From the UHGV virus genome UHGV-0113858: a DNA stretch of 64,000 bases. One strand, written 5' to 3'. The DNA is from a virus. Below are positions 9,403 to 18,277 of this stretch, piece after piece. Each line of letters opens with the position of its first letter. The stretch's first letter is position 1. Position numbers and translations under genes: made by a program. The notes below the pieces were generated by a model. The model worked only from the letters and a program-made list of their open reading frames with translations. It was not told the DNA's origin and did no database searches.

Positions 9403-9882
9403 ATGATGAATTTTAGACCTACCACAGAAATTGATCTGGCGGGTAAGAACTTTGTAATTACACACTGGTCTCCGTCCAAGGTTATGAAAAACCTTCCGAA
9501 GATTGGTCGTTATATCGCAGTTCCAATGGCTACTATTAGTGGTGCATTGTTTACCGGAGGCTCTAACCTCTCTGAAGCACTACCTACCGCAATTCTATAC
9601 CTGTTTGAACAGATGGAGCAAGATGATATAGAAAAATTATTCGAACTCATCCTTGAAGATGTATCTGTGAACGGAATGGCTGGCAAGATTGATATTGATA
9701 CCGTCTTCCAGGATAAGATGTTGGACCTGATCAAATTGGTAGCGGAGGTTCTGAAGATTAACTACGGCTGTTTTTTCACGAAAGACGGTTTCGCAGACCT
9801 TCAGGGACTTCTGGGCAACTTCGGGATGGTTCACCAAGTGGCGACGGTGGATCAGGAACCGACGGAAGTGGCAGCGGAGTAA
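9403..9882 (+). CDS. tail assembly chaperone (gpG-like, zero-frame product)
   Basis: Start ATGATG at 9403 with SD aggagcg; position between tube and tape measure; contains slippery heptamer T_TTT_TTC. Confidence 0.6.
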   Translation: MMNFRPTTEIDLAGKNFVITHWSPSKVMKNLPKIGRYIAVPMATISGALFTGGSNLSEALPTAILYLFEQMEQDDIEKLFELILEDVSVNGMAGKIDIDTVFQDKMLDLIKLVAEVLKINYGCFFTKDGFADLQGLLGNFGMVHQVATVDQEPTEVAAE

Positions 9883-10157
9883 CACCGTCCAAAATTTCTA
9901 AAGTCGTCCAAAGAGCTATTGATTATGCAAGAAAAAATAGTTCCCTGACGTGGTTCGACTATCTCTGGTGCCGTGCTCTGAAGAACTTTAAGGGAGAGTC
10001 TTATATCTCCCTTGAGTCTGCCGATATGGAATATTTGCTTAAGCTAAACGAGTATCTCGATGTCGAAGATTTCATCAACGATGTCCATGAGAAAGAAGAG
10101 AAATCGAGAGCGGACGCCGAAGCAGCTAAACCCCGAAGCAAAGGCAGAAGAGGTTAA
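9403..10157 (+). CDS. tail assembly chaperone frameshift fusion (gpGT-like), made by a -1 shift at 9771-9777
   Basis: Canonical G/GT arrangement upstream of tape measure; the downstream frame encodes ...ALKNFKGESYISLESADMEYLLKLNEYLDVEDFINDVHEKEEKSRADAEAAKPRSKGRRG. Confidence 0.5.
9771..9777 (+). promoter_or_regulatory. -1 programmed ribosomal frameshift slippery heptamer T_TTT_TTC
   Basis: tgT TTT TTC in the chaperone frame; the -1 frame is open from 9762 to the TAA at 10155-10157 with no ATG near its 5' end. Confidence 0.55.
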
Positions 10158-10161
10158 TCTC

Positions 10162-10195
10162 AAGCCAGGTTCCTTTTCAGGAGCCTGGCTTTTTT
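10162..10195 (+). terminator. hairpin with T-run after the GT gene
   Basis: agccaggttcc...ggagcctggct then tttttt. Confidence 0.4.
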
Positions 10196-10207
10196 ATTGA
10201 GGAAATT

Positions 10208-12619
10208 ATGGCAAATATTATAGTGACTTCCACAGTCAACAAGGTGACATGGGATGTTGACAAAACATCCTTTGGACGCGCCTTGAAAGCTGTAAAGCAA
10301 ATTCGTTCCGAATGGGAAAAGACCGGGAAGGCTTTTTCTTCTGCTAAGGCCGACCCTGCTGCTGCCCTGAAACGTTCCGCTATGCAGGCGAGAATGGTTA
10401 ATAAACGACTCAATCAAACTGAACGTGCAGAGGCAGCTAAGACCACAGCTCACAATATCGCAATGGCAAAGAAAGAAGCTCGTGCTCGTGAAGCCATTGA
10501 TAAGATTGAAAAGGCACGTCGTAAGGCTGCTGTATCCAGACTAACTACTGGTCGATCTCCAGAGTCTCAGGCAAACTATAATGCCCTAAAGGCACAGCTC
10601 CGTCAACAAGAAAAACTTGCTGCTAAGAACGGCAATTATGGAACTAACCCTTCCATTTCTGCTGCACGTATGGCAGCATATGAAGCAAGCCTGAAAAATA
10701 AGGGCGCGGGGAGCGGCGGATCCTCAATCCTGAATCCTAATGCAACACCTCACGATCCTCGTCTTGCAGAGCAACAACGTAAGGCAATGGAGCGTGACCA
10801 TGCACGTATGCGTCGTGAGCAAATAAAGCAGGATAAGGCAGACAATAAGACCAGAGAGAAAATGGCCCGCGATGCAGAGCGGGAAGCGGGGAGAAGAGCA
10901 AGAGCGCGTGAAGCAAAGATAAGTACAATCTCTAACGCCAATATTCGTCTTCGTGCCAAGTATGGTGATAAATATGCAAGGCAACTGCCTGGTTATGATT
11001 CTTTAGTCAACCGCTATATGAAGAGCGGGAACATGAAGGCATCAAACTTCCGTGCAGAGCTTGCTGCTATGGAAACTGGACTCCGTAAAGCTAATGCCAA
11101 TACTCTTTCTCTGAATGATGGCCTGAGAAATCTACGTAGTACATTAATCAGCGTAACAGCAGCATACGGAGCATTCAATGCCGCTGCAAGCGTTCTGAAA
11201 ACTGGACAGTTCTTCCAGGGTATGGAAGCAACAATGCTGATGGTGTCCGATGACTCCGCAGAGGCTGGTAAGCGTATTGAATTTGTGAGAAACCAGGCGT
11301 ATCGTTTAGGTCTCGACCTTAAGGTAGCTGCGCAGGGTTACACACAAATGTCTATCGCAGCAAACGGTGTGCTTACTAAATCACAAAACGACGAACTCTT
11401 CAAGTCATTCTCTGAGTATGCAACTGCTCTTCAGGTTGACCCTGTAAAATACCAACGCGGTATTACAGCTATTCAACAGATGATGGGCAAAGGACAGATC
11501 ATGTCTGAAGAACTTAAGCAACAGCTTGCCGAGGGTATCCCCGGATCATTACAGGTGTTCGTGAAGGCATCGCAAGAAGCTTTTAACGACTCCTCCATCA
11601 ACGTGGAGAAGTTGATGGATATGATGAAGGATGGGGAACTGAAAGCTGCTAAAGTGCTTCCGTTCGTTGCTAAATACTATGCTGAAGCTGCTAACAAGGG
11701 AGGAGCACTACAGAAAGCTTTACAAGGTAACCGGGTTGCTATGCAACGTCTTGGTCAGACTTGGATGAACTTCCAGAACAAGATCTTCGAATCTGGTTTT
11801 GGTGATAAGATGACAGAGACATTTAATAACCTTGCCAAGATTCTTGACTCTAATGGTCCTCTTGCGGCTGCGGTAGGTCAGTTTGTGGCAGGGTTTATTG
11901 ATGGCTTCATGAAGATACCTTATGCCCTGTATAATGCCTTTACTATGGTCAATGCGATCTTGGAGAGATATATCCCCATATTCAGAAAGAATGGGGAAGA
12001 TATTTCTAAGACATGGAACTGGGTTGGCTGGGGCATTGGCGCTCTCTTCTTCGCAACATCGCTGGTCCGTGTATTCAATATCCTTGCTAAGATTGCAGGT
12101 CTTGCTGGTGCGATCAAGGGAATTGGGGCTGTTTTTGGTAAAGGCGAGGGCGCTCCACCGGGCGGAGGGGAAGGTGGCGGCGGGTCCGGTCCTGCCAGGG
12201 GTGGCAGATTCTCTCGTATAGGTAAGTTCTTTAAAGGAGCGGGTTCTTTAGGTGGACTGCTGTCTCTGTTCACCTTAGGGTCTGAACTTAACGACAGATA
12301 TAACCCCTACAGTGACTTCAACGAAGAGCGTGGTAAAGTTTTCTCCAATGTTCATGACAGTATTGTTAGTGGCAAAACAGGAGGATGGTTCTCTAACCTC
12401 TGGGGGCCTGATAAGGCAACCCTGGATTATCTGAACAATCAGATGCCTGGGGCGAATGGTAAGTCTTCTGCTACCCCTCCGATGGTTATCCCTACTGAAC
12501 CTGTGGCTGGTGAAATAACTATCAAACTGGATGCCGGAGAGCTGAAGAACATGATCGACCAACGAATCGATGCTTCAAACATGGGTAACATCAATTTAAT
12601 CCTTGGTGTCCCAGATTAA
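10208..12619 (+). CDS. tail tape measure protein
   Basis: 803 aa, long Ala/Lys/Arg-rich coiled coil, internal hydrophobic segment, Gly-rich stretch, follows the G/GT chaperone. Confidence 0.75.
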   Translation: MANIIVTSTVNKVTWDVDKTSFGRALKAVKQIRSEWEKTGKAFSSAKADPAAALKRSAMQARMVNKRLNQTERAEAAKTTAHNIAMAKKEARAREAIDKIEKARRKAAVSRLTTGRSPESQANYNALKAQLRQQEKLAAKNGNYGTNPSISAARMAAYEASLKNKGAGSGGSSILNPNATPHDPRLAEQQRKAMERDHARMRREQIKQDKADNKTREKMARDAEREAGRRARAREAKISTISNANIRLRAKYGDKYARQLPGYDSLVNRYMKSGNMKASNFRAELAAMETGLRKANANTLSLNDGLRNLRSTLISVTAAYGAFNAAASVLKTGQFFQGMEATMLMVSDDSAEAGKRIEFVRNQAYRLGLDLKVAAQGYTQMSIAANGVLTKSQNDELFKSFSEYATALQVDPVKYQRGITAIQQMMGKGQIMSEELKQQLAEGIPGSLQVFVKASQEAFNDSSINVEKLMDMMKDGELKAAKVLPFVAKYYAEAANKGGALQKALQGNRVAMQRLGQTWMNFQNKIFESGFGDKMTETFNNLAKILDSNGPLAAAVGQFVAGFIDGFMKIPYALYNAFTMVNAILERYIPIFRKNGEDISKTWNWVGWGIGALFFATSLVRVFNILAKIAGLAGAIKGIGAVFGKGEGAPPGGGEGGGGSGPARGGRFSRIGKFFKGAGSLGGLLSLFTLGSELNDRYNPYSDFNEERGKVFSNVHDSIVSGKTGGWFSNLWGPDKATLDYLNNQMPGANGKSSATPPMVIPTEPVAGEITIKLDAGELKNMIDQRIDASNMGNINLILGVPD

Positions 12620-12625
12620 TACAAG

Positions 12626-12650
12626 GGGCTTCGGCCCCTTTTTCGTTGTT
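12626..12650 (+). terminator. rho-independent terminator
   Basis: aaggggcttcggcccctt then ttttcg. Confidence 0.55.
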
Positions 12651-12674
12651 TTATTTGAAGATTTATGATAAAAT
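12646..12674 (+). promoter_or_regulatory. promoter motif TTGTTT-N17-TGaTAAAAT
   Basis: Same architecture; 26 nt upstream of ATG 12701. Confidence 0.45.
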
Positions 12675-12700
12675 CATAACAAGCTTATTGAGGAGGTTTT

Positions 12701-13573
12701 ATGGCAGTTGTAGCAAGTAACCAGTCCAAACCGCAACAAGGTAAGGCTACAGCAAACGTTGAGCAAAAAGTCTCTACGGCTCAGAATGCCAGTAGTGAAG
12801 TTCAATATACTTTATTTGCAAGCGGCCTTAACAATGGCGGAAGGAATGTAGAATTAAAAAATAAAAACTATACGGACAATATTGCGATTTTATTTGATGT
12901 CGTTGAAGACCATACGTATACAAGAACTGTTGACAAAACCTCCTACGCAGTAGAGAATAAGGTCAAGTACAGTGATCATGGTGTGATAGAGGATGGTAAA
13001 TTCTCTTTCAGTGCGAGAATCAATAGCTCGCCCCTATACCTGATTGAGAATAACTACATCGATAAAGATACCGACCCTAACAACCCGGTAGAATCCCGTC
13101 GCCCAGAAAAGGCACTGGAGGTACTAGAAAGGCTTATCACTGACCGCCAAATCGTCACCATTGTTACTGAAGACCGTATCATCGAAAACTACATCTTGAC
13201 CTCCCTGGAGGCAAGCCGTAGCAATTCTGATGGTGCTGCGTTGGTATTTCAGTTAGAATTCACAGAATTCCGTACTTTTACCCTTGGGAAGACGGCCTTA
13301 GCTACAGTCTATACCGACCCTAAAAAATCAGGTGGTAAGACAAAGCAGAAAGGTTCTGTTCAGTCTTCTGCCACAGATAATGAAGTGGAAGTGACCGCAA
13401 GGAGAACCAAGTTCGCTGGGCCTAATCAAGATGGTTGGCAAAAGGTTGCAGATGAAATGGGTATTGGTGATTATACCAAGCAAGATCAAGTGGTGGGAAC
13501 ACTGACGCCGGACGGTAAACTCAAGGATCTAAATGGAAATACCCTCGACTATAATAAAGCGGTAGGTAACTAA
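12701..13573 (+). CDS. baseplate / tail protein (Mu gpN-position)
   Basis: 290 aa, SD gaggagg, first gene after tape measure. Confidence 0.4.
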   Translation: MAVVASNQSKPQQGKATANVEQKVSTAQNASSEVQYTLFASGLNNGGRNVELKNKNYTDNIAILFDVVEDHTYTRTVDKTSYAVENKVKYSDHGVIEDGKFSFSARINSSPLYLIENNYIDKDTDPNNPVESRRPEKALEVLERLITDRQIVTIVTEDRIIENYILTSLEASRSNSDGAALVFQLEFTEFRTFTLGKTALATVYTDPKKSGGKTKQKGSVQSSATDNEVEVTARRTKFAGPNQDGWQKVADEMGIGDYTKQDQVVGTLTPDGKLKDLNGNTLDYNKAVGN

Positions 13574-13926
13574 TGGCAGCGATCACATTTTCTTGGGACA
13601 TAGACGGCTTTGCTGATCAGACGATGCGTGTGGTTCTGGACAGTCAAACTTATGAAATGCGTTTTCAATGGAACGAGAGAGACGAGTCTTGGCTCGTCTA
13701 TTTCGGGGATGTTGGTTCTGATCCTACAATATCTTTCAAATTGACTACAATTTTCGATATATTCGCGCCTTTCAAATATCTTGACAATATTCCCGATGGT
13801 CAGTTGAGAGTATTTTCTTTTACTCAATCAACTAAACGTGTAGGGAGATACAATATTGGATTTTTGTCAGACTTGCAACTACTTTACTCGTCTCCTGATG
13901 ATGAGGTAACGACTGCTGAGGAGTAA
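13573..13926 (+). CDS. small baseplate protein
   Basis: 117 aa, TAATG overlap with previous gene. Confidence 0.4.
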   Translation: MAAITFSWDIDGFADQTMRVVLDSQTYEMRFQWNERDESWLVYFGDVGSDPTISFKLTTIFDIFAPFKYLDNIPDGQLRVFSFTQSTKRVGRYNIGFLSDLQLLYSSPDDEVTTAEE

Positions 13927-13929
13927 ACA

Positions 13930-14919
13930 ATGCCTGCTTACAGAACAAGAACCTATAAGCTAACGATAGGCAAACCAGTGTATGTTGGTGAAAAGCCTAC
14001 CAATATCTCAGATTACACTAATCAGAATGCCAAAGATGCGTATTATATCAGTAATGAAACTGGTGCCGCAAATATCGAGTTCGAGGTCAAAAAAGACAAC
14101 TCGAAGGAGCCTAATAAAGGGTATGTTACCATCTACAACCTCTCCGATGAGACGGTGAGCTACCTCGATGCTAACCAACGAGAGTCCATTGCTATCGTTC
14201 TTGAGGCCGGGTTTGATGGTGAGAATCAGACTATCTTTTCTGGGACCGTAGAGTTTGTTCAAGATAAGTGGGACGGCAATACCCGTCAGACAAAGATGAT
14301 CCTCGGGGATGCAACAGTAAATATTAAAACTGCAAAGACCTCTCGTTCTTATAAGAAAGGTACTCCAATAGACACGGTAGTCAGTGACCTTGCTTCTGAT
14401 ATGAAGCTCCCTGTTGGTAAAATAGTCAAGTTTGGCGACCAAACGCTTCAGCACTCTATGTCCTTTACGGGCCTCGCCGCAAATAACTTGGAGAGATTAG
14501 CCAAGAATACAGGATCTACTTTCAGTGTTCAAGATGGTGCGGTATATTGGACCACGCAAGGGAAAAGATTTCAAAGGGCAGTTTTTGAGATCAGTGCTGA
14601 ATCTGGTATGCATGATTCACCAACGCCACAGAACCCTGAGCCTGCAAAGAGGAGAAAGGAAAAAAGGGCCAAGTCTAAGAAAAAATCATCTAAGCCTCAT
14701 GTACCTACTTCCGCAGAAATAAAAGAGGACGCGGGGTTGGTGGTGGTAACAGAAATGAATGGTGCAATCATACCAGAATCAACTGTATTTTTAAAGAGCC
14801 AGAAATACACAGGTTTTTACAAGGTTGTATACTTAACTCACAAAGGCCAGCTCGAAGGTGGGGATTGGATCACAGAGTTAGGACTTGCAGAAACCCGTGG
14901 TGGAATTGTGGAGGCCTAA
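13930..14919 (+). CDS. baseplate hub protein (P2 gpD / Mu gpP-like position)
   Basis: 329 aa, SD gaggag, basic Lys-rich linker (AKRRKEKRAKSKKKSSK). Confidence 0.4.
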   Translation: MPAYRTRTYKLTIGKPVYVGEKPTNISDYTNQNAKDAYYISNETGAANIEFEVKKDNSKEPNKGYVTIYNLSDETVSYLDANQRESIAIVLEAGFDGENQTIFSGTVEFVQDKWDGNTRQTKMILGDATVNIKTAKTSRSYKKGTPIDTVVSDLASDMKLPVGKIVKFGDQTLQHSMSFTGLAANNLERLAKNTGSTFSVQDGAVYWTTQGKRFQRAVFEISAESGMHDSPTPQNPEPAKRRKEKRAKSKKKSSKPHVPTSAEIKEDAGLVVVTEMNGAIIPESTVFLKSQKYTGFYKVVYLTHKGQLEGGDWITELGLAETRGGIVEA

Positions 14920-15620
14920 TGGCAGCAATAACCCGTATGGATGCAGCACTTAATCAGTGGTTTGCAAAACAGGCCAGAGATATTCACACAGGGCTAAGGG
15001 CAACGGTAGTTGATGTGGACTATAGCATCCCGTCTGCAACAGTTCAGCCCCTTGCGAGTACAAACTTTCCAGATGGGACTGTGGATGCCTATGGCTCTGT
15101 TTTTGATGTTCCCCTATCAATGCCTTCAGGTAATGGAGGAAAAGCCCGCCTAACGATTCCTGTGAAACCTGGTGATATTGTGGGTCTGAGCTTCTCAGAA
15201 AGAAATGAGAATGATAATAATGACCAGACAACTCACAATATGTTTCCTGGGTGGGCGATAATTGGTGTTCACAGCGATGGGAATGCCATGACGATCGATC
15301 CAGACAATGTTGAACTTTGGAACGACAAGGTGCATTTCTCAATGACTCCTGCGGGTGATTTCACGCTGGAGACGCCAGTAGGTAAATTAGTAGTTGACCA
15401 ATCTGGGAATTTCAAGTTCGATAATGGGGCGGCAAACCTGACAGCAGAATCTGGTGGTACGATTAAGATGAATGGTGCTCAAGTTACCCCTGATGGCAAT
15501 ATTATTACTGCTCGGGGTGTAAACATGAATGATTTTTATGATTATTTTATTCGCCATACACATCACTATACTTGGACAGATGATGGTGGTCAGAACAATA
15601 CCGATGCTCCAAATGCATGA
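14919..15620 (+). CDS. central baseplate spike (gpV / Mu gp45-like) with HxH apex
   Basis: Start MAAITRMDAAL, TAATG overlap, SD ggagg; C-terminal FIRHTHHYTWTDDGG matches the iron-binding HxH apex of gpV-type spikes. Confidence 0.5.
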   Translation: MAAITRMDAALNQWFAKQARDIHTGLRATVVDVDYSIPSATVQPLASTNFPDGTVDAYGSVFDVPLSMPSGNGGKARLTIPVKPGDIVGLSFSERNENDNNDQTTHNMFPGWAIIGVHSDGNAMTIDPDNVELWNDKVHFSMTPAGDFTLETPVGKLVVDQSGNFKFDNGAANLTAESGGTIKMNGAQVTPDGNIITARGVNMNDFYDYFIRHTHHYTWTDDGGQNNTDAPNA

Positions 15621-15629
15621 GGGGAATAG

Positions 15630-16244
15630 ATGGCAACTCTTTATTCTGACTTCTTGATGGACCCTGTTACTGGAGATCTTGATGTTTCTACAGGTCTTCA
15701 GTTGATAGACTCCAATCAAGTAAGTCTACGACAGCGCTTATGGCTAAGGTTTAATGTGTGGGCAGGGGATTGGTATTTTGATGAGACCTTTGGATTTCCC
15801 TATAGAACCTACATAAGCAAAAAGGTTATGAAGACGGTCCTTGATAATAAGATAAAGGAAATAACCCGTCTTGAACCAGATGTTTTAGAAATTGCAGATT
15901 TCCAGTCTATAATGGACCATACAACAAGAAGCTATTCTGCCTTCTTTGAAGTCTTAACAAAAGAGCAGGAGATTGTAAGAATAGCCTTCGTAGGCGGTGA
16001 TGATTACTACTACCCTACGCCGGATCCTGAAACAACAACTCTTTGCGGGGATGAGGGTTGGATACCTTGGGGAAATAAGTTATACTACCTTATTAACTTT
16101 AGATTACCTAAGACTGGTGATGCAACTTGGTGGAATACTTGGGGAGGGGATATGGAAAACCCTGTACCGCCAGGATCTCTCTTAACCAGAAAAAGTAATC
16201 CGGTAGTCACCCCCGCCGATAAGACGATAAACACCATAAAATAA
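15630..16244 (+). CDS. baseplate protein (gp25/W-like position)
   Basis: 204 aa, SD gagggga. Confidence 0.35.
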   Translation: MATLYSDFLMDPVTGDLDVSTGLQLIDSNQVSLRQRLWLRFNVWAGDWYFDETFGFPYRTYISKKVMKTVLDNKIKEITRLEPDVLEIADFQSIMDHTTRSYSAFFEVLTKEQEIVRIAFVGGDDYYYPTPDPETTTLCGDEGWIPWGNKLYYLINFRLPKTGDATWWNTWGGDMENPVPPGSLLTRKSNPVVTPADKTINTIK

Positions 16245-16272
16245 AAATTATTACAATTCGAGATTTCTTTTA

Positions 16273-16310
16273 GGTCTGTGCTACCTAACGGCAGACCTTT
16301 GTTCTTTTAA
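16273..16310 (+). terminator. hairpin with T-run
   Basis: aggtctg...cagacct stem then ttgttctttt. Confidence 0.4.
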
Positions 16311-16333
16311 ATCTTTGAAGTTTGTGGTAAAAT
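16305..16333 (+). promoter_or_regulatory. promoter motif (weak -35 TTTTAA)-N17-TGgTAAAAT
   Basis: tggtaaaat 16325-16333; 32 nt upstream of ATG 16366. Confidence 0.4.
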
Positions 16334-16365
16334 GTACTAATGTTAAGAAGAGGGGTAAATAAAAG

Positions 16366-18252
16366 ATGCTACAGAGTGTTAAAATTTCAGAGTTGCCAAG
16401 TGCGGCCACGCTGACAGAAGACGACCTGATTGTGGTTGACCAACCAGATGATACTAAGAAAGCGACTTTGTTCCAAGTATTTTCAACTGTTATCGATGAG
16501 GTTGAAAATGCAACATTTGATGTTCTTTCCCAAGAAGACGGTGCTGAGAAGATAGGTTTTAAAGTAAATTCTACCAACGCGATTATGCGGACAGTGATGG
16601 GGAGGCTACTGGACACAATCAATGTAATGGACTTTGGAGCAAAAGGTGATGGGGTTGCTGATGATTACCCTGCATTTCAATATGCGGCTCTCTATGCAAA
16701 CTCTATCGGCGGGGCGTTGATTGAGATACCAACCCCGTCTGTTGAGTACAAGATTGGATTTCCAGTATACCTCTTCGATAATACGCATTTTAAAGGTAGT
16801 GGGATAAATTGTAGAATAAATTTCACAGACCCCCTTTATGCCCGAAAATCAAGAAGTGGATTTGTAATTGGCAGCGGGCATGAACAAAACAGGGATAAGG
16901 CGATTCAATGCCTAAATGATGGGACTTGGAAAACGACAGGGTCTGTCGTAAATACAAGTTTTGTTGAATTACCTAGAGGGAGTTATCTTCGGGATAATCT
17001 TAGTAAGGTACAATCTTCAAACTGTAGTGTCAGTGATGTATATTTGGTGGCGAGCTACCCTAATGGGACAACTCTTAAGGGTGGGTATGCAGTGTCTTTT
17101 GCAAATGCACTGGACTCTGAAGCCTATAATATTTGGGGAGAGGGGTGGACGGAGATAATAAATATCGGATCAGACGTTCCTCCAGCCACACCCAGTTGCC
17201 ATAATTGCCACGCTTATAACATTACCTGTATTGATCCTAATCAGTATGAAACATACTATAGTATGGGTTTTATAGCGAATTCAACTTCTTGCTCTATTCA
17301 CAACTTCTTCCAACTAAAACCAATCGCAGATGGCACCCCTCATGGGTCTGGCGGTTCTATGAACTACACGGAAGATTGTGCATTTTATAACATTAATATC
17401 CCCAATCTTGGAAGAACTAGTACATCTGAGGGATTACTTGTAAACAATTCTAAGAATGCAAGGACATATAATATTTATATAGGTAATGCCAAGTCTGGGG
17501 TTGCTGAATATTATACTACAGAAGCGGGGGTATTCTATGATGCTGCAAAACCTAATATCTTCGAGGATATACACGCTAATAACTGTGATCACGCTACAGC
17601 CTTGCGCTCTAAATATAGTGTTTGGAAAAATGTAACACAAACAAATTGTGTTGACCATGTATTTTTTGGCACTAGCAATGCGCAATACTGTGTGGTTAAG
17701 TTTGTTCCTGACCTCATTGGGTATGGTAGTGGATTAACACCGTGGCACATTTTACAAAATAACTACGTGGATGGTTGGAGAGTTAGAACCAAGTACCTTC
17801 GTCCTATCGACTGGCTTTTGAATGACAAGGTTGATCTCCAATCCTACGATACCAATAAAAACATGAAGGCGAAGGCTGCGGTTAATTTAAAAGTGTTATA
17901 CGACATACCTGCAAGCATACGTGCGATAGCCGAATGTCGTTGTTTCTTGACTTTCGAAGTTGGCGCTCTTAGTGCTGGATCAAATGTAAAAATGTCGTTG
18001 CGAAGAATGGTGTCATACTCTGGTAATGCCAACGAATTACCATATATCGAGGCAACAAATACAAGGGCTGCAACTGTTGATACTGTACAAGATACTACAC
18101 TTGTTATGCCTGTCACTAATTCAAAAGGGTTTGTAGAACAATCAGATACTACCAATGGATTAGCCAATGCCTTAGACCTTCTAATCGAGATAAATAGTCC
18201 AACCGTAAATATGAACTTGAAAGAAATCAAGTTGACTTATTTGGGCGATTAA
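16366..18252 (+). CDS. tailspike / receptor-binding protein 1 with conserved N-terminal anchor
   Basis: 628 aa; N-terminus MLQSVKISELPSAATLTEDDLIVVDQPDDTKKATLFQV is shared with the genes at 18278 and 22563; C-terminal region Asn/Gly/Thr-rich, beta-helix-like. Confidence 0.6.
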   Translation: MLQSVKISELPSAATLTEDDLIVVDQPDDTKKATLFQVFSTVIDEVENATFDVLSQEDGAEKIGFKVNSTNAIMRTVMGRLLDTINVMDFGAKGDGVADDYPAFQYAALYANSIGGALIEIPTPSVEYKIGFPVYLFDNTHFKGSGINCRINFTDPLYARKSRSGFVIGSGHEQNRDKAIQCLNDGTWKTTGSVVNTSFVELPRGSYLRDNLSKVQSSNCSVSDVYLVASYPNGTTLKGGYAVSFANALDSEAYNIWGEGWTEIINIGSDVPPATPSCHNCHAYNITCIDPNQYETYYSMGFIANSTSCSIHNFFQLKPIADGTPHGSGGSMNYTEDCAFYNINIPNLGRTSTSEGLLVNNSKNARTYNIYIGNAKSGVAEYYTTEAGVFYDAAKPNIFEDIHANNCDHATALRSKYSVWKNVTQTNCVDHVFFGTSNAQYCVVKFVPDLIGYGSGLTPWHILQNNYVDGWRVRTKYLRPIDWLLNDKVDLQSYDTNKNMKAKAAVNLKVLYDIPASIRAIAECRCFLTFEVGALSAGSNVKMSLRRMVSYSGNANELPYIEATNTRAATVDTVQDTTLVMPVTNSKGFVEQSDTTNGLANALDLLIEINSPTVNMNLKEIKLTYLGD

Positions 18253-18277
18253 AGATAAATTTTCAGGAGAATATTAT

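Noticed and set aside
10724-10984. Three overlapping - strand ORFs (63-86 aa) inside the tape measure gene
   Set aside because: Antisense to a long, well-supported coding region; Cys/Leu/Arg-rich low-complexity translations; no SD
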